This document shows positions 19,947-31,003 of a DNA stretch of 64,000 bases, piece after piece. This DNA is from a virus (lineage: Duplodnaviria > Caudoviricetes). Positions within the stretch are counted from its first letter, which is position 1, and every line of letters starts with the position of its first letter. Location of the stretch: IMG/VR virus record IMGVR_UViG_3300028591_000129, positions 1 to 64,000 of that record; one strand, 5' to 3'. Made by a program: the position numbers and the translations under genes. The notes beneath the pieces are model-generated. The model did not search any database. It was given only the letters and a program-made list of their open reading frames with translations, and was not told the DNA's origin.

Positions 19947-20384
19947 TTACTTCGTTGTGAATATTACTTCCTCTGACCCTTGTACTTCAGAGATATAACA
20001 CCTAACCTTGTTGTTCCAAAACTCACGCTCTGTCTGCGTGATATGTCTGACTTGGTCTTCAATATGCGCATATATCAGCTCGTCTGTGAACGGCATATCA
20101 ATGAGGTACGCCGTACCGTCACCGACTTTCATACTTGGTATGTTATTGCCGTGCTCGTCCTGCCTGTAATCCGAGTAGATATAGATATATCCCTTGGCAG
20201 AAAGAAGCTGTGGCTGACTGTTCCAAGTTGCCGTGGAAGCATACAGGACACGACAATCACCGCCGACAACATACACGTCTCCAAAGTCTGCATTTACAGG
20301 CGTGTCAGAGTTGAAATCAACGTCCAAGTTGTTGATTACGTTGAATGATACGGATAGTCTCTGTACCAAATCAGGTTCAGCCAT
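19947..20384 (-). CDS. Tail fibre-related protein
   Basis: KVGDG...DMPF motif and HITQTEREFWNNK motif typical of fibre proteins. Confidence 0.65.
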   Translation of the reverse strand: MAEPDLVQRLSVSFNVINNLDVDFNSDTPVNADFGDVYVVGGDCRVLYASTATWNSQPQLLSAKGYIYIYSDYRQDEHGNNIPSMKVGDGTAYLIDMPFTDELIYAHIEDQVRHITQTEREFWNNKVRCYISEVQGSEEVIFTTK

Positions 20385-20718
20385 TGTCGCCGTCTCCCTC
20401 TGTGATTACGCCACCCTTGTATACTTCGTTGACGGTAATCTTACTTGCAAGCGTAGCAAGTGCTGTGTCGTCCTGAAGCAACATTCTTATCTGAAACAGG
20501 GCGTCGCCTGCCTTGAGGGCAAGCGTGTCTTCCTGTGATAATGTGAGCGTGATATTCATATGCTCATAGTCAAAGGTGACGTCGGAGATAAGCTTGTCCA
20601 CTTTGACCTTGTTCATTTGAGAGATATACACCCAAATTTGAGTGACTTGGTGTAAGTCAATCTCTGTCTTAACGTGTATAACAATGGTTGGTGTCGTACC
20701 ACGTGTTAACTGCACCAT
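20377..20718 (-). CDS. Baseplate upper/adaptor-like protein
   Basis: RGTTPT...LTLSQEDTLAL...QIR pattern. Confidence 0.6.
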   Translation of the reverse strand: MVQLTRGTTPTIVIHVKTEIDLHQVTQIWVYISQMNKVKVDKLISDVTFDYEHMNITLTLSQEDTLALKAGDALFQIRMLLQDDTALATLASKITVNEVYKGGVITEGDGDNG

Positions 20719-20749
20719 AGCTCTTTCCCCTCTCCCTCGATTATAACAA

Positions 20750-22165
20750 TTACTGCTCGGTTATGCTATACGTCAAACGCATAGTCAAATCAGGGCTCTT
20801 GATTATCGGTTCAGAGAGGTTATTGACCGTGCTGATATTACCGAACAAAGTAGACAATAACATCGTGTTCGAATTGTATCGAGCGAACCTTACACACGTG
20901 CCAAAGTTGTTTGGATTATACCCTTGACTTGCCGCGTAGGTACTACCGCCACGCTTTGCTTTTACAATGTAAGGTTTGTCGTTATGGAAGTAGATTGCAT
21001 AACTGTTATCACTGAAGCTACCGTCGTATGTACCAAACTTATACCAATCTCCGTTAGGCATAAGCATACCACCGCCGTTTTGGTCATATGTCGTAACCCC
21101 CACGTACTTGTACGCAGGATTATCCCAAATGTCCATAACAAGACTTGTAACAAGGTTACACTTAACTATCTTGTGGCACTCGTTTGCGAGAGCATAAACA
21201 TAGTCACCGTTTGTACTGTCTTCTATGTACACCATTCCGTCTCTTGTCCACGCTCGTACATTGTTAGACAGCCTTGGGAATGTAACGTCGTTAAATGTCT
21301 TCGAACGTGCGGTTACTGTCCAATCCGACAAACTGATTGCATAGTCATTAATCGTAGAACCGCCGTTAGACCAAGTGAGCAAGTGTATCGCAGTGCTCGT
21401 AAGGCTCATTGAACTTGTTGTTGAAGCGTAATTGTCAATTGCCTGTGAGATAGTGTGCACCGTGGGGTCACCGATAATATCAGTTGCACTTCCAAGTAAG
21501 TGCAATCTTTTGGTGTTAAGGTCATATACATTTACCGTGATAACACCGTTAGAGTAAGATACCTTGTATCCCTTTTCATTCTCGTAGTCAATGAACATAT
21601 CATATAAGTTATCTGTACAGTTTACATAGCCCAAGTAATCGTCAACAGGGAAGTTATCAGCCGACTCAATTGCCTCGTCTTCTGTGAAGTTTATCTTGCC
21701 AAGATTGTTCCTGCACAATCCCACACTCTCGATAATTCCATTGCCCTGTGAGTTTGACCAAGTCCATACATATTGGTAGCCGCCTGCTATCGTTCCGCTG
21801 TCTACGGTATCAAATGAACCTCTTCTCAAGTTTGCACCTGAATAACCGCCCTGTCCTTGGCTGTCAACACCGCCTGCCATAGCCGTGATATTCGCGTCAT
21901 ATGCTATCATTCCGCAAAAGCCCGGCTCGATTACTGTGCCGTCAGGCAATGTCTCGGGGTTCTTTTTATCAGTAAGTAAGCAACCGCTAAACCATTGGCT
22001 GATAGGCATTATATATCCACGCTCTGCTGTGTAATGGAAGTTACCCTGTCCGATAGCATTCTGCACATACGGCGTGATAGTGTTATGCTTCTCTACGCGT
22101 TTAACTATATTCCTAAAGTTGTCGTCTCTTGCAAGCTCAAGTCTTGTGTGTCCTACTAATGCCAT
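20750..22165 (-). CDS. Tail/baseplate (possible receptor-binding) protein
   Basis: 471 aa beta-rich; YVWTWSNSQGNGIIESVGL and NNLSEPIIKS...LTYSITE termini. Confidence 0.7.
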   Translation of the reverse strand: MALVGHTRLELARDDNFRNIVKRVEKHNTITPYVQNAIGQGNFHYTAERGYIMPISQWFSGCLLTDKKNPETLPDGTVIEPGFCGMIAYDANITAMAGGVDSQGQGGYSGANLRRGSFDTVDSGTIAGGYQYVWTWSNSQGNGIIESVGLCRNNLGKINFTEDEAIESADNFPVDDYLGYVNCTDNLYDMFIDYENEKGYKVSYSNGVITVNVYDLNTKRLHLLGSATDIIGDPTVHTISQAIDNYASTTSSMSLTSTAIHLLTWSNGGSTINDYAISLSDWTVTARSKTFNDVTFPRLSNNVRAWTRDGMVYIEDSTNGDYVYALANECHKIVKCNLVTSLVMDIWDNPAYKYVGVTTYDQNGGGMLMPNGDWYKFGTYDGSFSDNSYAIYFHNDKPYIVKAKRGGSTYAASQGYNPNNFGTCVRFARYNSNTMLLSTLFGNISTVNNLSEPIIKSPDLTMRLTYSITEQ

Positions 22166-22177
22166 ATCAACTCTCCT

Positions 22178-22819
22178 TTATTCTAATGTTATCCCACATA
22201 CATAGTAATACTTACTTGCGGTCATTGTCGTGTCTGAAATCTGTATACTCTCTGCTCTTCCGTATGGCGTTATGACAGCGGGGCGTCTTGTATTTGCGTC
22301 CTCACCTAAAGTTTTAACAATAGGTACGACATTAGGTTGAACACCGTCATACGAACACGATACAAATATCATATCGTAATCAAGTAGCCCTGTGCTCGTT
22401 ATCGTTACATTACCCGTACTATAACTTCCTCGATTATATATCTCAGTTTCCGTAATGGTCTTATTCGTACAGGTTAATCCGTTAACACTTGATATATAGA
22501 TATTTCTATATCCCTGCCTTGTCCACGTAGTTGCCGACGTGATTTTATATGTCGCATACTGATTATTCGCGTATTCGTTAAATACCATTTCATTCTGTTG
22601 CGAAAAGACCGTAGATAAAAGCGTTGGTGTCGTAAGTATTTCCGTAACAGTCGCATTACTATAATTGGTAAGATAAAGCTTTATCAGGTCGTAATCAGCT
22701 ATATCCCCTGTGAAAGTGAGAGTGCCCGTGTTGTTTGTATCCGTAGCAATCTCGGTCTCTCTAAATTCAGGTGACCCGCCCCCTGTCTGTGCAATACCTA
22801 CTCTGTAATATGCCGACAT
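22178..22819 (-). CDS. Tail-region protein with internal duplication
   Basis: ETEI...T.T...DYD repeated twice. Confidence 0.6.
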   Translation of the reverse strand: MSAYYRVGIAQTGGGSPEFRETEIATDTNNTGTLTFTGDIADYDLIKLYLTNYSNATVTEILTTPTLLSTVFSQQNEMVFNEYANNQYATYKITSATTWTRQGYRNIYISSVNGLTCTNKTITETEIYNRGSYSTGNVTITSTGLLDYDMIFVSCSYDGVQPNVVPIVKTLGEDANTRRPAVITPYGRAESIQISDTTMTASKYYYVCGITLE

Positions 22820-23253
22820 TACTTAATCACCACCTTTACACCCAACGGGTTCTCTTGTGCAATGAACGTGAATGTGACGGTATGATTTGTACCGTCTACG
22901 ACAACATTCGTAGGTGCAACCTGTGCATTACTCGTATACCAATCAATAGTGCTGTCAGACGTGATTGAATTGTCCGTGAACACAAGCGTGGTAGAACCGA
23001 TAGTAAGGTTGCCTGTAAGCTCCGTATACGCACCCGAACTTGCCTTAAGCTCGTTAATAGCACCAAAGACCGTGTCCGCCGTTGTATCAAGATATGTGGC
23101 GAACTCCATTGTATTCAGCATATGCGTGGCAAGTGACGTTCTTGAGATATGCCTTGTTACCCACACATTACCGCTCTGTATCTGTATTGCAAATACGTCG
23201 CTGTCTTTCTGAAGCTCTGCTAATGTCAATTCGTGTATCTCTACGTTAGCCAT
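22819..23253 (-). CDS. Tail-region protein
   Basis: LDTTADTVFGAINEL fibre motif. Confidence 0.65.
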   Translation of the reverse strand: MANVEIHELTLAELQKDSDVFAIQIQSGNVWVTRHISRTSLATHMLNTMEFATYLDTTADTVFGAINELKASSGAYTELTGNLTIGSTTLVFTDNSITSDSTIDWYTSNAQVAPTNVVVDGTNHTVTFTFIAQENPLGVKVVIK

Positions 23254-23264
23254 ATTCTTCCCCC

Positions 23265-25121
23265 TTATGTGATAAGCGTATCGTCGTCTTCCGTCGCGAT
23301 ATTATCGCCACCCTCGGTAACAATATAATTGTGCTCTTTCTCCTGTACAATACCCAAAGTACCCGTAAGTCCGACAATATTCTGTCCGATAGGATACGCA
23401 CCGTGTGTATCCGCAAATGCACTCGGTACGGGTAACTTGAATGTGAGAAACGGGTCGTCGTCCGCTGTGTATGCACCCCACTCGTCAGCAGGCGTAGCGT
23501 CAACAGGTCTGTTAACAAAATGGTCTGCAACGCTCTCAATGAAGTCTCCAAGAGGTTCTCCGAGTACAAACGGTGAATATACCTCTTCAAAGACAAGCTC
23601 GCCGTTAAACTTATCCTGTACTTCAAGGTTCTGACCCTGAAGCAAGACGTGCAAGTCGCCTCTGTCTATAAAAGCTGTACCGCTATTTGTCTTCGCATAT
23701 ACTTCCCATATGTGCGTTCTGCTCGTGTCAAGGTCTTGTAACCAAAACTGCGTGCCGAACGTGTGATAACCATTCTCTCCGTATGTGTGTACAGGTGAGT
23801 ATGAAAACTCGTCACCGTCAAGATAATACTTAAGTGTTATCTCCTGTGTATCAACGGCAAAAGTATTAAGCCACTTGAACTCGTGCCACAAGGTGACCGT
23901 CGTATCACTGTTTGCCTTGAACGGAAGTCTTACAATTCTATCAAATGTCGTGTTTATCTCGTATACACGTCCGTTAACGTATGTATAGTATGTGAACTTA
24001 CTGCTCTGTTGGTCTTTTCCAAGCAGTCTTGCACTCGCTATGTCTGACGTACTTACGCCCTGTACATAAGGGTTAACACCCTTACTCGTCAGCGTCATTT
24101 TCGAGAAGTGCCAATCATAGCTCGTGATTATAGTTTCTATCTCTTCGCCGTCGTCAGTAACAACCGTTACCCTGTCTCCGCAATCAAACACAGGGTCAGA
24201 GGGCATATCAATGGTCGTAGGCGTGTATACGATATTCTGCAACACACTAAACAACGCGTCAGTCTGATTTTGCAGGGTAACGTCAATACCGTTATCCCAA
24301 GCGGGTGCGTCGGGTATCTTCATTACAAGTCCCTGCACCTCACTGCCTAATTGAGACGTATATGTGCCTCGTGCACTCGTGACAGCAAGTCCGACATAAG
24401 TACAGGTATAATCAGCCACGGTAACGGTATAAAAGTTAGCTGTTGTTAACTCCGTATCACTTACCGTGTGATACTTAACAAGCTCCATTGCACCGTTTCT
24501 GTTATCTCTTGCAAAGCAACCGAGTAACTGACAAACAGTCTTGACCAAGTCACGCCAAGTCTTGAGACCGCTCGTGCTGTCAATGTACATATTAATATGC
24601 GTGTTGATAAAGTTACTCGTAACATATGCTTCGTCAAACGCCAAAGGATAACCCGTGCTTTGTGACGCTAACACGAGCATATCGTACGGCGTGCCTATCA
24701 AGCTTTCAGCAGGCAGGTTCTTATCAAGCTTACGCATATCGTCATATGCAGTAAACTTAATCTTCGTCTTATCCGTTCTCTCTGCGTCAGTGACAGTGAA
24801 CTCACCAAGCTTTATGTCTTCAAACACGTCGTCGTGAATGTTGATACTGTACTTCAGCACAACCCTTGCACCAAAGAACTTATACCGTGAAGTATCCGTG
24901 TCTCTGATAGACATTTCAAGCAGGCTCGAAGATACGCTTCCGAACTGCAAGTCTTCACCGTCGGTACACTGTCTTGATATGCCTATCTCGTCCTGAAGCA
25001 CATTCTCGTGAGATATGTCCAAAGTTGTTGTGTCTGTAAACGTGACTTTACCGCTAACCCGAGCTACGGGTCTTGAGTGTAAGCGTATCGCAGTCTCGTA
25101 GTATTTAGAATGACTTTGCAT
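23265..25121 (-). CDS. Baseplate hub/Tal-like minor tail protein
   Basis: Directly after tape measure; LQFGSV, LGEFTV, TAYDDM, DCGDRV motifs. Confidence 0.75.
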   Translation of the reverse strand: MQSHSKYYETAIRLHSRPVARVSGKVTFTDTTTLDISHENVLQDEIGISRQCTDGEDLQFGSVSSSLLEMSIRDTDTSRYKFFGARVVLKYSINIHDDVFEDIKLGEFTVTDAERTDKTKIKFTAYDDMRKLDKNLPAESLIGTPYDMLVLASQSTGYPLAFDEAYVTSNFINTHINMYIDSTSGLKTWRDLVKTVCQLLGCFARDNRNGAMELVKYHTVSDTELTTANFYTVTVADYTCTYVGLAVTSARGTYTSQLGSEVQGLVMKIPDAPAWDNGIDVTLQNQTDALFSVLQNIVYTPTTIDMPSDPVFDCGDRVTVVTDDGEEIETIITSYDWHFSKMTLTSKGVNPYVQGVSTSDIASARLLGKDQQSSKFTYYTYVNGRVYEINTTFDRIVRLPFKANSDTTVTLWHEFKWLNTFAVDTQEITLKYYLDGDEFSYSPVHTYGENGYHTFGTQFWLQDLDTSRTHIWEVYAKTNSGTAFIDRGDLHVLLQGQNLEVQDKFNGELVFEEVYSPFVLGEPLGDFIESVADHFVNRPVDATPADEWGAYTADDDPFLTFKLPVPSAFADTHGAYPIGQNIVGLTGTLGIVQEKEHNYIVTEGGDNIATEDDDTLIT

Positions 25122-25128
25122 AGCTCAA

Positions 25129-28100
25129 TTATACCATAGTGCCTCTTATCACTTTTTGCTGTTGCGTGTAATTCGCATTCGCTCTTCCTATGTCGCTCTG
25201 ACTGATTACAGGCTTTGCATTGATAGCCTGAATAACCTGCCTGTTTACCTCAATCAACTGCTCAAGATAAGGTGTAAGCTCGTCGCCTACTGCCTGTCTG
25301 ATAGTATCAAGAGGTGCTTCGATATTCGTACCGTTCTTTTGGTCACCAAGGACAGCCATAAATTCCTTGTTAGGCGGAATGACTGCACCCTGTGCCAAGT
25401 GAGGTATCGTAGGCACAACAAGATAAGGAATACCCGCAAAAGGCTTGTTTCCGTCAACGTCCAAATTACGTATACTGTTAAGCGCCTTTGTAAGGTCTTG
25501 CAACGGCTGTGTAATTGACCTGTTAAGACCGTCGATAAGACCGTTCAACAACGACTTCATTGTGCTGTTCATACCGTCAGAGAATGCAACGAACATATCA
25601 CCCCCCTCGCTCAAGGTTTCCTTAATCGAGTTCCACGTGTCTGTTGCATTTTGGTCAATGCTCTCAAAGGCTAATCCGAAGTTTTCGGAAACTGCCATTG
25701 CACCCTGCTTACTTGCTTCGCCGACAGCTATAAAGGACGTAGAGAACTTATCCGTAACTGTCGTTGCTACGGGTACTGCCTTGTCCTGTATCTCTGACGT
25801 GAACGCACTACCGATAGACGCAAACTTGTCTGCGCTTTCACGCTCCATTGTCTCGGCGGCAGACGTAACGGAAACAGACGCCTCATTAAAGCTATTAGCA
25901 ATTGCCGTTGACGTTTCCTGTGACTGTCTTGCAGTCTCGGCGGCACGCTCTGCCATTTCACGGTAACTGTCATTCATAGACGCTATCAGGTTCTCGCGCT
26001 GTGCCAAATCCTGATAACGCTCTGCCATTTCACGGTAGCCTTGATTTATCATATCTACGCGCTCTTGCAGTAATTCAGCTTCACCAAGCATTTGATAGTA
26101 CTCTGCGATAGAACGCTGACCCTCATTGATTGAATTCTTTGTCAGTATCGCTTGAACACGTGATTGTCTTTCCTGTTCACGCTGTGCTTCATTGTCCGCA
26201 AGGGTCTGATATGCGAAGTCAATACTTTGTGCTATGCCGACAGCTTCACGTCCCATTTGACCATAATAGTTAGCATAGTCTTCCTGCATACCATTAAGCA
26301 TATTACGTACGCGCTCCTGACGAGCTTCTTCAATACCGTCCCAATCCGTGTACGAATCATAGAGTTGCTCATTAGCGCCTATCATACGGGAAGCCCATTC
26401 AACACCGTCGTCCGCCGCATCAGGATTAGCAATCTCTTGCCAAGCGATACGTGCGCCCTCTGCCAAATCACTGAAGGACAAATCGAGTTCGTTTATCTCA
26501 CTAATAGTGCTTGGAATTGACGCAACATTGCTCAACAACTCGCGTGTACCGCCACCAAGTGCGTCAAGTGCAATACCTGCACGCTCAAGTGGTGTTGCGT
26601 CCATACTGTTTATCTCGTATGCAATGTCACCAAGTCGGTTACCAAGACCTTGAACACCCTGTACAATAGTTGCAATACCGAGTGCGCCTGCACCAACGTC
26701 AAGTACGCCCGCAAGTCCCGAGCCGATACCCAAATTACCTAATGCCGACGTCTCCAATCCTGCTTGACCAAAACCGCCAAACAACCATTCACCAACTCCA
26801 CTCAACGCCTTTGCAATTCCTGCCTTTGCGCCAACAAAGCCTGCTCTAATGGAAGCACCAAATCCCGTAGAGACTGCGGTACTTCCCGCCGCCTCTGCCA
26901 TTGCCTGACCTGCGGTATTTGTCATAGCTGTTGTAACTGCCTGTCCGCCAAGTGCTCCTGCAATTCCCTTTGAGAAAATACCTGTGATTGCACCCTGCAA
27001 TGCGAATGAGCCTACTGTACCCAAAACGGAAGCGCCTGTACTTATTGCAAGTGCACCCGCACCGATACCGATAGCACCTGTAAGTCCCTTTTGTATCTCG
27101 GGGCTGTTTGCTACTATCTCCTTTATCGTCTCCCATATCTTATGTACAAGTACCTCGAAGACAGGCTTAAGCGAGCTTAAGTCAAGCCCGTCAAAGAACT
27201 CTGCAATTGCGTCAACGATTTCCTGTGTATCCAACTCGTTCAATGCAGATATAGCAAATATCATTGCACCACGTAAACCGTCGTGAAGACTTGCGCCAAG
27301 TGTCTCCCACCCTGTCTTGCCCGTCTCCGCGTTGACCTTGCCCATTTCCTTAAAGAAGTTGTTAATAGCCTCACCAAAAGACTTACCCCAACTTACGAAG
27401 TCCGCGGTGCTGATAAAGCCGTATATTCCATTGATAGCACTCGACAAGAGATTGCCCAAAGTCTTACCTAACTTGGGAACAATCATAGGTATCGCCGCAT
27501 TAAGCGCTTCCGCGATACGTACACCAACCTTATACAACCTCTCGGGCGTGATTACCTTATTGATAAAATCAAGTCCCAAGACAATCGCCGCACCGAACAT
27601 CTTACCGAAGTTAGTGCCAAGGTCGTCAACGTCCAAGAAACCGTCAATGAACGTTCCGATAAGGTTAGCTATCTTCATTGCTTTCTGATAGCCCTCACCT
27701 GTAAGCCACTGATATGCCTTATCAAATCCCTCGCTCAAGGACGTTGCAATTGTCTTACCAAGCTCAAATCCGTCACCCGTCTCCCAAGCTTCTCTTAGCA
27801 TTTCTGCGAGCCTGTTCATAGGTGTCTCAATACGCTCGAACATTTCATTGACTGACGGGGTGTTAAGTCCACCGCCACCACCGCCACCCGACGGTGATTC
27901 GTCTTCGTCGTCCTTGTCTTTTCCAAGTACGTTAAGGTCGTCGAACGCCGCCAACCTGTCGTTCAACTTCTTTTGTTCGTCCGCCGCCTTTTTAGCACTT
28001 CCACCTGCGCCCGCAAGACTGTCAGCATAATCGCCCACGCTAACACGAAGCGCCTGAATGACAGTAGATTGTCCCGTGAGCGCCGCAAAGAACCTCGCAA

Positions 28101-30402
28101 CGGCATTACCTACCGTAGCAAGCGCGTCCATTAACGCAGTCAGTATCGGCATTACAACGTTGATTACAGGTGCAAATGCCGCCGCCCACGCATTCTTGAG
28201 ATACAGCATAGACGTCTTGAACTCTGTCATTTGGTGATTGGTCTCATTCGTAGCACTTTGGAACTGCACAAGGTTGTCGATACCCTCTTTTAATGCAGAC
28301 CTTAATCTACGGAATGCAAAATACAAACTACGTACACCGAGGGTATACTTAAGCAACGTGGTCAAGTTACGCTTAAGGGTTTTAGTCGAGAACGCTTTTT
28401 CAGCAGACCCGCCGATATTATCAAATCCACGCTTGATTTTAGACATCAATCCGCCCGCAAGTGACTTTAATGCGGACACTAACTTCATTACCGCGTTATA
28501 TCCTCGCTTTGCACCGCTTGTAACGCTGTTGAATATATCACCAACGGTAAGCCCTGCTTTAGAATTTCCAACAGAGCGTACTGCTGAAGCAAGTCTTTCC
28601 GTAGCATTCGTTACACCATTAGTAGTCCTTGTGGCATTATTAAGCTCACTGTAATACTGACGAATACCCGCTTCCGCATTGTTTATCTGACGCTCGATAT
28701 TCTGATATTCTTGCGAAGACTTGTCCGTTCCCGCCTTATCCATTGCAGACCTTTGTGTCTTCAACTCATTAAGCCTCTGAATAAGCTGAATGATAGAGAA
28801 CTCTGCTGTTTGCGCGGACTTTCCAAATACAGAAATCTCCTGCTCAACACTCTTTATTCTATTAGCCGTTTCAGAGATTGCGGTGTTCGTGTTAGTAATC
28901 TCTTGATTAAGCTTTGCAAAATCGTCGTTAGATATGGTAACTTCGCCACTTAATACGCGCTGTTTTATCTGCTCTAACTCGGCTAATTTAGCCTTAAGCT
29001 CTTCAGACTTCGCCTTAAGGTTATTTAACTGCGCGACCATACCGTTGACGTCTTCACCCATTTGAATATCGCCCACGGAAGACCTTGCACGGTTAGTCTC
29101 ATTAATCGTCTTAAGCTTCTGTTCGAGAGTTTCAATTGTATGTGATACACCCTCTAACTGCCCTTGTAACGCCCCTTGAATAGACTGTGGCGCGTTTGCA
29201 ATAACACGTCCTAACTCGTCACGCCACGTCTTTAATTGTTCTATTTGCTGTCCAAGTGCGTCGTCCGTACCTACGGAAAACTGCATTTGAGGAAGCTTCT
29301 CAAGCTCTTGAAATAAGTAAACAAAAGCCTGATTAGCCTCTTCCGCTTTTGATATATACGCGTCAAGAGCGTCTCCTGACAGCCCCTTTGACGTCTCGTT
29401 AAATATCTTCTGCCAAGTGTTTACAATACCAAGCAAGCGCTCTTTTGTGTTATCTGCAACTTCTGCAATACCCATTAACTCCGAGGTAAACTCGGGTGCG
29501 GGTAAATTGCTTAAGTTTTCATACATCTGAGCCAAGCCTTGAATGGTTTGCTTAACACCTATAAGCTCGGGCTGTAACTCCTTAAACTGCTCAATGCCAA
29601 GGTATGACCTTATATCCATTGAGGCTTGCTCTTCTTTGGCTTTTGCCTCTGCCTCGGTAACTTCTCTCAAAGAACCTACAAGACCGTCAAGTGCACTTTG
29701 CAACTCGCCCGTCTTGCTAACCAATATTGTCGTCCTGTCCGCCGACTCCATCTGTGCCTGAAGCACTTTGGCGTTCTCTTGTGCTGTTTCGTCTAACTTA
29801 TCTTTGTATTGTGAATAAACCTCAAGAGCGCGCTGAATAAGCTCAACACTCTCGGGTTGTATTGTCGTAGTTTCTGTTGCTCTTTTATTTGCGATTTGAG
29901 CGTCAAGTGTTGCTAATACCTGCTTTTCACGCTCAACAGCTTCCGTGCGCTCGTTAGTTAACTGAATTACGCGTTCAAGTCGTGCCTCTGCATTCTGATA
30001 AGCACGGCTGTCCGTACCGCGCTCAAATGCTGTCTTATCCCTTGCGGTCTCTAATCGACCAACGGAAGCTTTAGCGTCGTCACGTTGCTTCTCTAACTCT
30101 GTAATGCGATTAGCAACACGCTCACGCTCTTGCTCTAACTCTAATAGTGTCTTGCTTTGCGCTACGGCATTGCTAATAGCAGTAGCTTCCTGCTCTACCG
30201 CTTTAGCTGTGTCTTGTGCGCTTTTTGCAGTCTTATCTAACCCTAAATCGTCAAAGACTGACTTTACGCGTTTCCCGTCGGATTCTATCTGCTTGACCGC
30301 GTCGTCTACTATTTTAGTAGCAGACTTAAGCGCGCTATCAAGGTCTTTCTTATCGACCTTTATTTCGGTATTGCCTTTAAGGGTAAAATCGTGGTCTGCC
30401 AT
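25129..30402 (-). CDS. Tail tape measure protein
   Basis: 1757 aa, helical/coiled-coil, C-terminal IPHLAQGAVIP...AVLGD...EAP. Confidence 0.93.
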   Translation of the reverse strand: MADHDFTLKGNTEIKVDKKDLDSALKSATKIVDDAVKQIESDGKRVKSVFDDLGLDKTAKSAQDTAKAVEQEATAISNAVAQSKTLLELEQERERVANRITELEKQRDDAKASVGRLETARDKTAFERGTDSRAYQNAEARLERVIQLTNERTEAVEREKQVLATLDAQIANKRATETTTIQPESVELIQRALEVYSQYKDKLDETAQENAKVLQAQMESADRTTILVSKTGELQSALDGLVGSLREVTEAEAKAKEEQASMDIRSYLGIEQFKELQPELIGVKQTIQGLAQMYENLSNLPAPEFTSELMGIAEVADNTKERLLGIVNTWQKIFNETSKGLSGDALDAYISKAEEANQAFVYLFQELEKLPQMQFSVGTDDALGQQIEQLKTWRDELGRVIANAPQSIQGALQGQLEGVSHTIETLEQKLKTINETNRARSSVGDIQMGEDVNGMVAQLNNLKAKSEELKAKLAELEQIKQRVLSGEVTISNDDFAKLNQEITNTNTAISETANRIKSVEQEISVFGKSAQTAEFSIIQLIQRLNELKTQRSAMDKAGTDKSSQEYQNIERQINNAEAGIRQYYSELNNATRTTNGVTNATERLASAVRSVGNSKAGLTVGDIFNSVTSGAKRGYNAVMKLVSALKSLAGGLMSKIKRGFDNIGGSAEKAFSTKTLKRNLTTLLKYTLGVRSLYFAFRRLRSALKEGIDNLVQFQSATNETNHQMTEFKTSMLYLKNAWAAAFAPVINVVMPILTALMDALATVGNAVARFFAALTGQSTVIQALRVSVGDYADSLAGAGGSAKKAADEQKKLNDRLAAFDDLNVLGKDKDDEDESPSGGGGGGGLNTPSVNEMFERIETPMNRLAEMLREAWETGDGFELGKTIATSLSEGFDKAYQWLTGEGYQKAMKIANLIGTFIDGFLDVDDLGTNFGKMFGAAIVLGLDFINKVITPERLYKVGVRIAEALNAAIPMIVPKLGKTLGNLLSSAINGIYGFISTADFVSWGKSFGEAINNFFKEMGKVNAETGKTGWETLGASLHDGLRGAMIFAISALNELDTQEIVDAIAEFFDGLDLSSLKPVFEVLVHKIWETIKEIVANSPEIQKGLTGAIGIGAGALAISTGASVLGTVGSFALQGAITGIFSKGIAGALGGQAVTTAMTNTAGQAMAEAAGSTAVSTGFGASIRAGFVGAKAGIAKALSGVGEWLFGGFGQAGLETSALGNLGIGSGLAGVLDVGAGALGIATIVQGVQGLGNRLGDIAYEINSMDATPLERAGIALDALGGGTRELLSNVASIPSTISEINELDLSFSDLAEGARIAWQEIANPDAADDGVEWASRMIGANEQLYDSYTDWDGIEEARQERVRNMLNGMQEDYANYYGQMGREAVGIAQSIDFAYQTLADNEAQREQERQSRVQAILTKNSINEGQRSIAEYYQMLGEAELLQERVDMINQGYREMAERYQDLAQRENLIASMNDSYREMAERAAETARQSQETSTAIANSFNEASVSVTSAAETMERESADKFASIGSAFTSEIQDKAVPVATTVTDKFSTSFIAVGEASKQGAMAVSENFGLAFESIDQNATDTWNSIKETLSEGGDMFVAFSDGMNSTMKSLLNGLIDGLNRSITQPLQDLTKALNSIRNLDVDGNKPFAGIPYLVVPTIPHLAQGAVIPPNKEFMAVLGDQKNGTNIEAPLDTIRQAVGDELTPYLEQLIEVNRQVIQAINAKPVISQSDIGRANANYTQQQKVIRGTMV

Positions 30403-30418
30403 AGCACTATCCCCCTAA

Positions 30419-31003
30419 TTATTCCTTATTCCACAACTCAAGGATATACGCGTCGTCTTCCACTTGTGACGCTGTCCTGCTATCCCACGTAAAGTACTGC
30501 GGATTACTTTGCCTAAACTCACGCTCGTACTTTTCCAACTTCTTCCCCTTCATCATCTTACTACGGATACTTACCACCGTAGCAAGAACAGACTCGCCTA
30601 TCTCCATAAAGTATCCCATAAACGTCCACCAATGCATATAGTCCACCGCACGGACTTCTTGGTGAGATACCTTGTTAATCGCAGAACAGATAAGGTGCGA
30701 GTCTGACGTCCAATCAATGACCTTATACGGTGTCTTCATACCGCTGTTCTGCTCTCCGCAATCAAAGAACTTGTACATTTCTTCGACGAGTGTCTGTAAG
30801 TCTTCCTTACTTACGGCAAGCACGTCCTCAAGCTCATTAAAATCTTCGTAAAAGATTATGAGACAGGCGAATAACTTCTCCTGCTCGTCTAATTCCGTGT
30901 CAGCTAAGCAAGAAAAACAGTCAAGTACAACCCTATAATCTCCACGATTACGTATTGTAAATGACTGTTCTCTTACCGTTACCGTTGTCGGTACTTCGTA
31001 CAT
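30419..31003 (-). CDS. A118 Gp15-like tail assembly protein
   Basis: IRNRGDYRVVL...DWTSD...YMHWWTF...VVSIR; precedes tape measure. Confidence 0.8.
   Translation of the reverse strand: MYEVPTTVTVREQSFTIRNRGDYRVVLDCFSCLADTELDEQEKLFACLIIFYEDFNELEDVLAVSKEDLQTLVEEMYKFFDCGEQNSGMKTPYKVIDWTSDSHLICSAINKVSHQEVRAVDYMHWWTFMGYFMEIGESVLATVVSIRSKMMKGKKLEKYEREFRQSNPQYFTWDSRTASQVEDDAYILELWNKE

Noticed and set aside
17659-22165. Diversity-generating retroelement or invertible tail-fibre switch
   Set aside because: No reverse transcriptase, invertase, TR/VR pair or inverted repeats recognised in the window.
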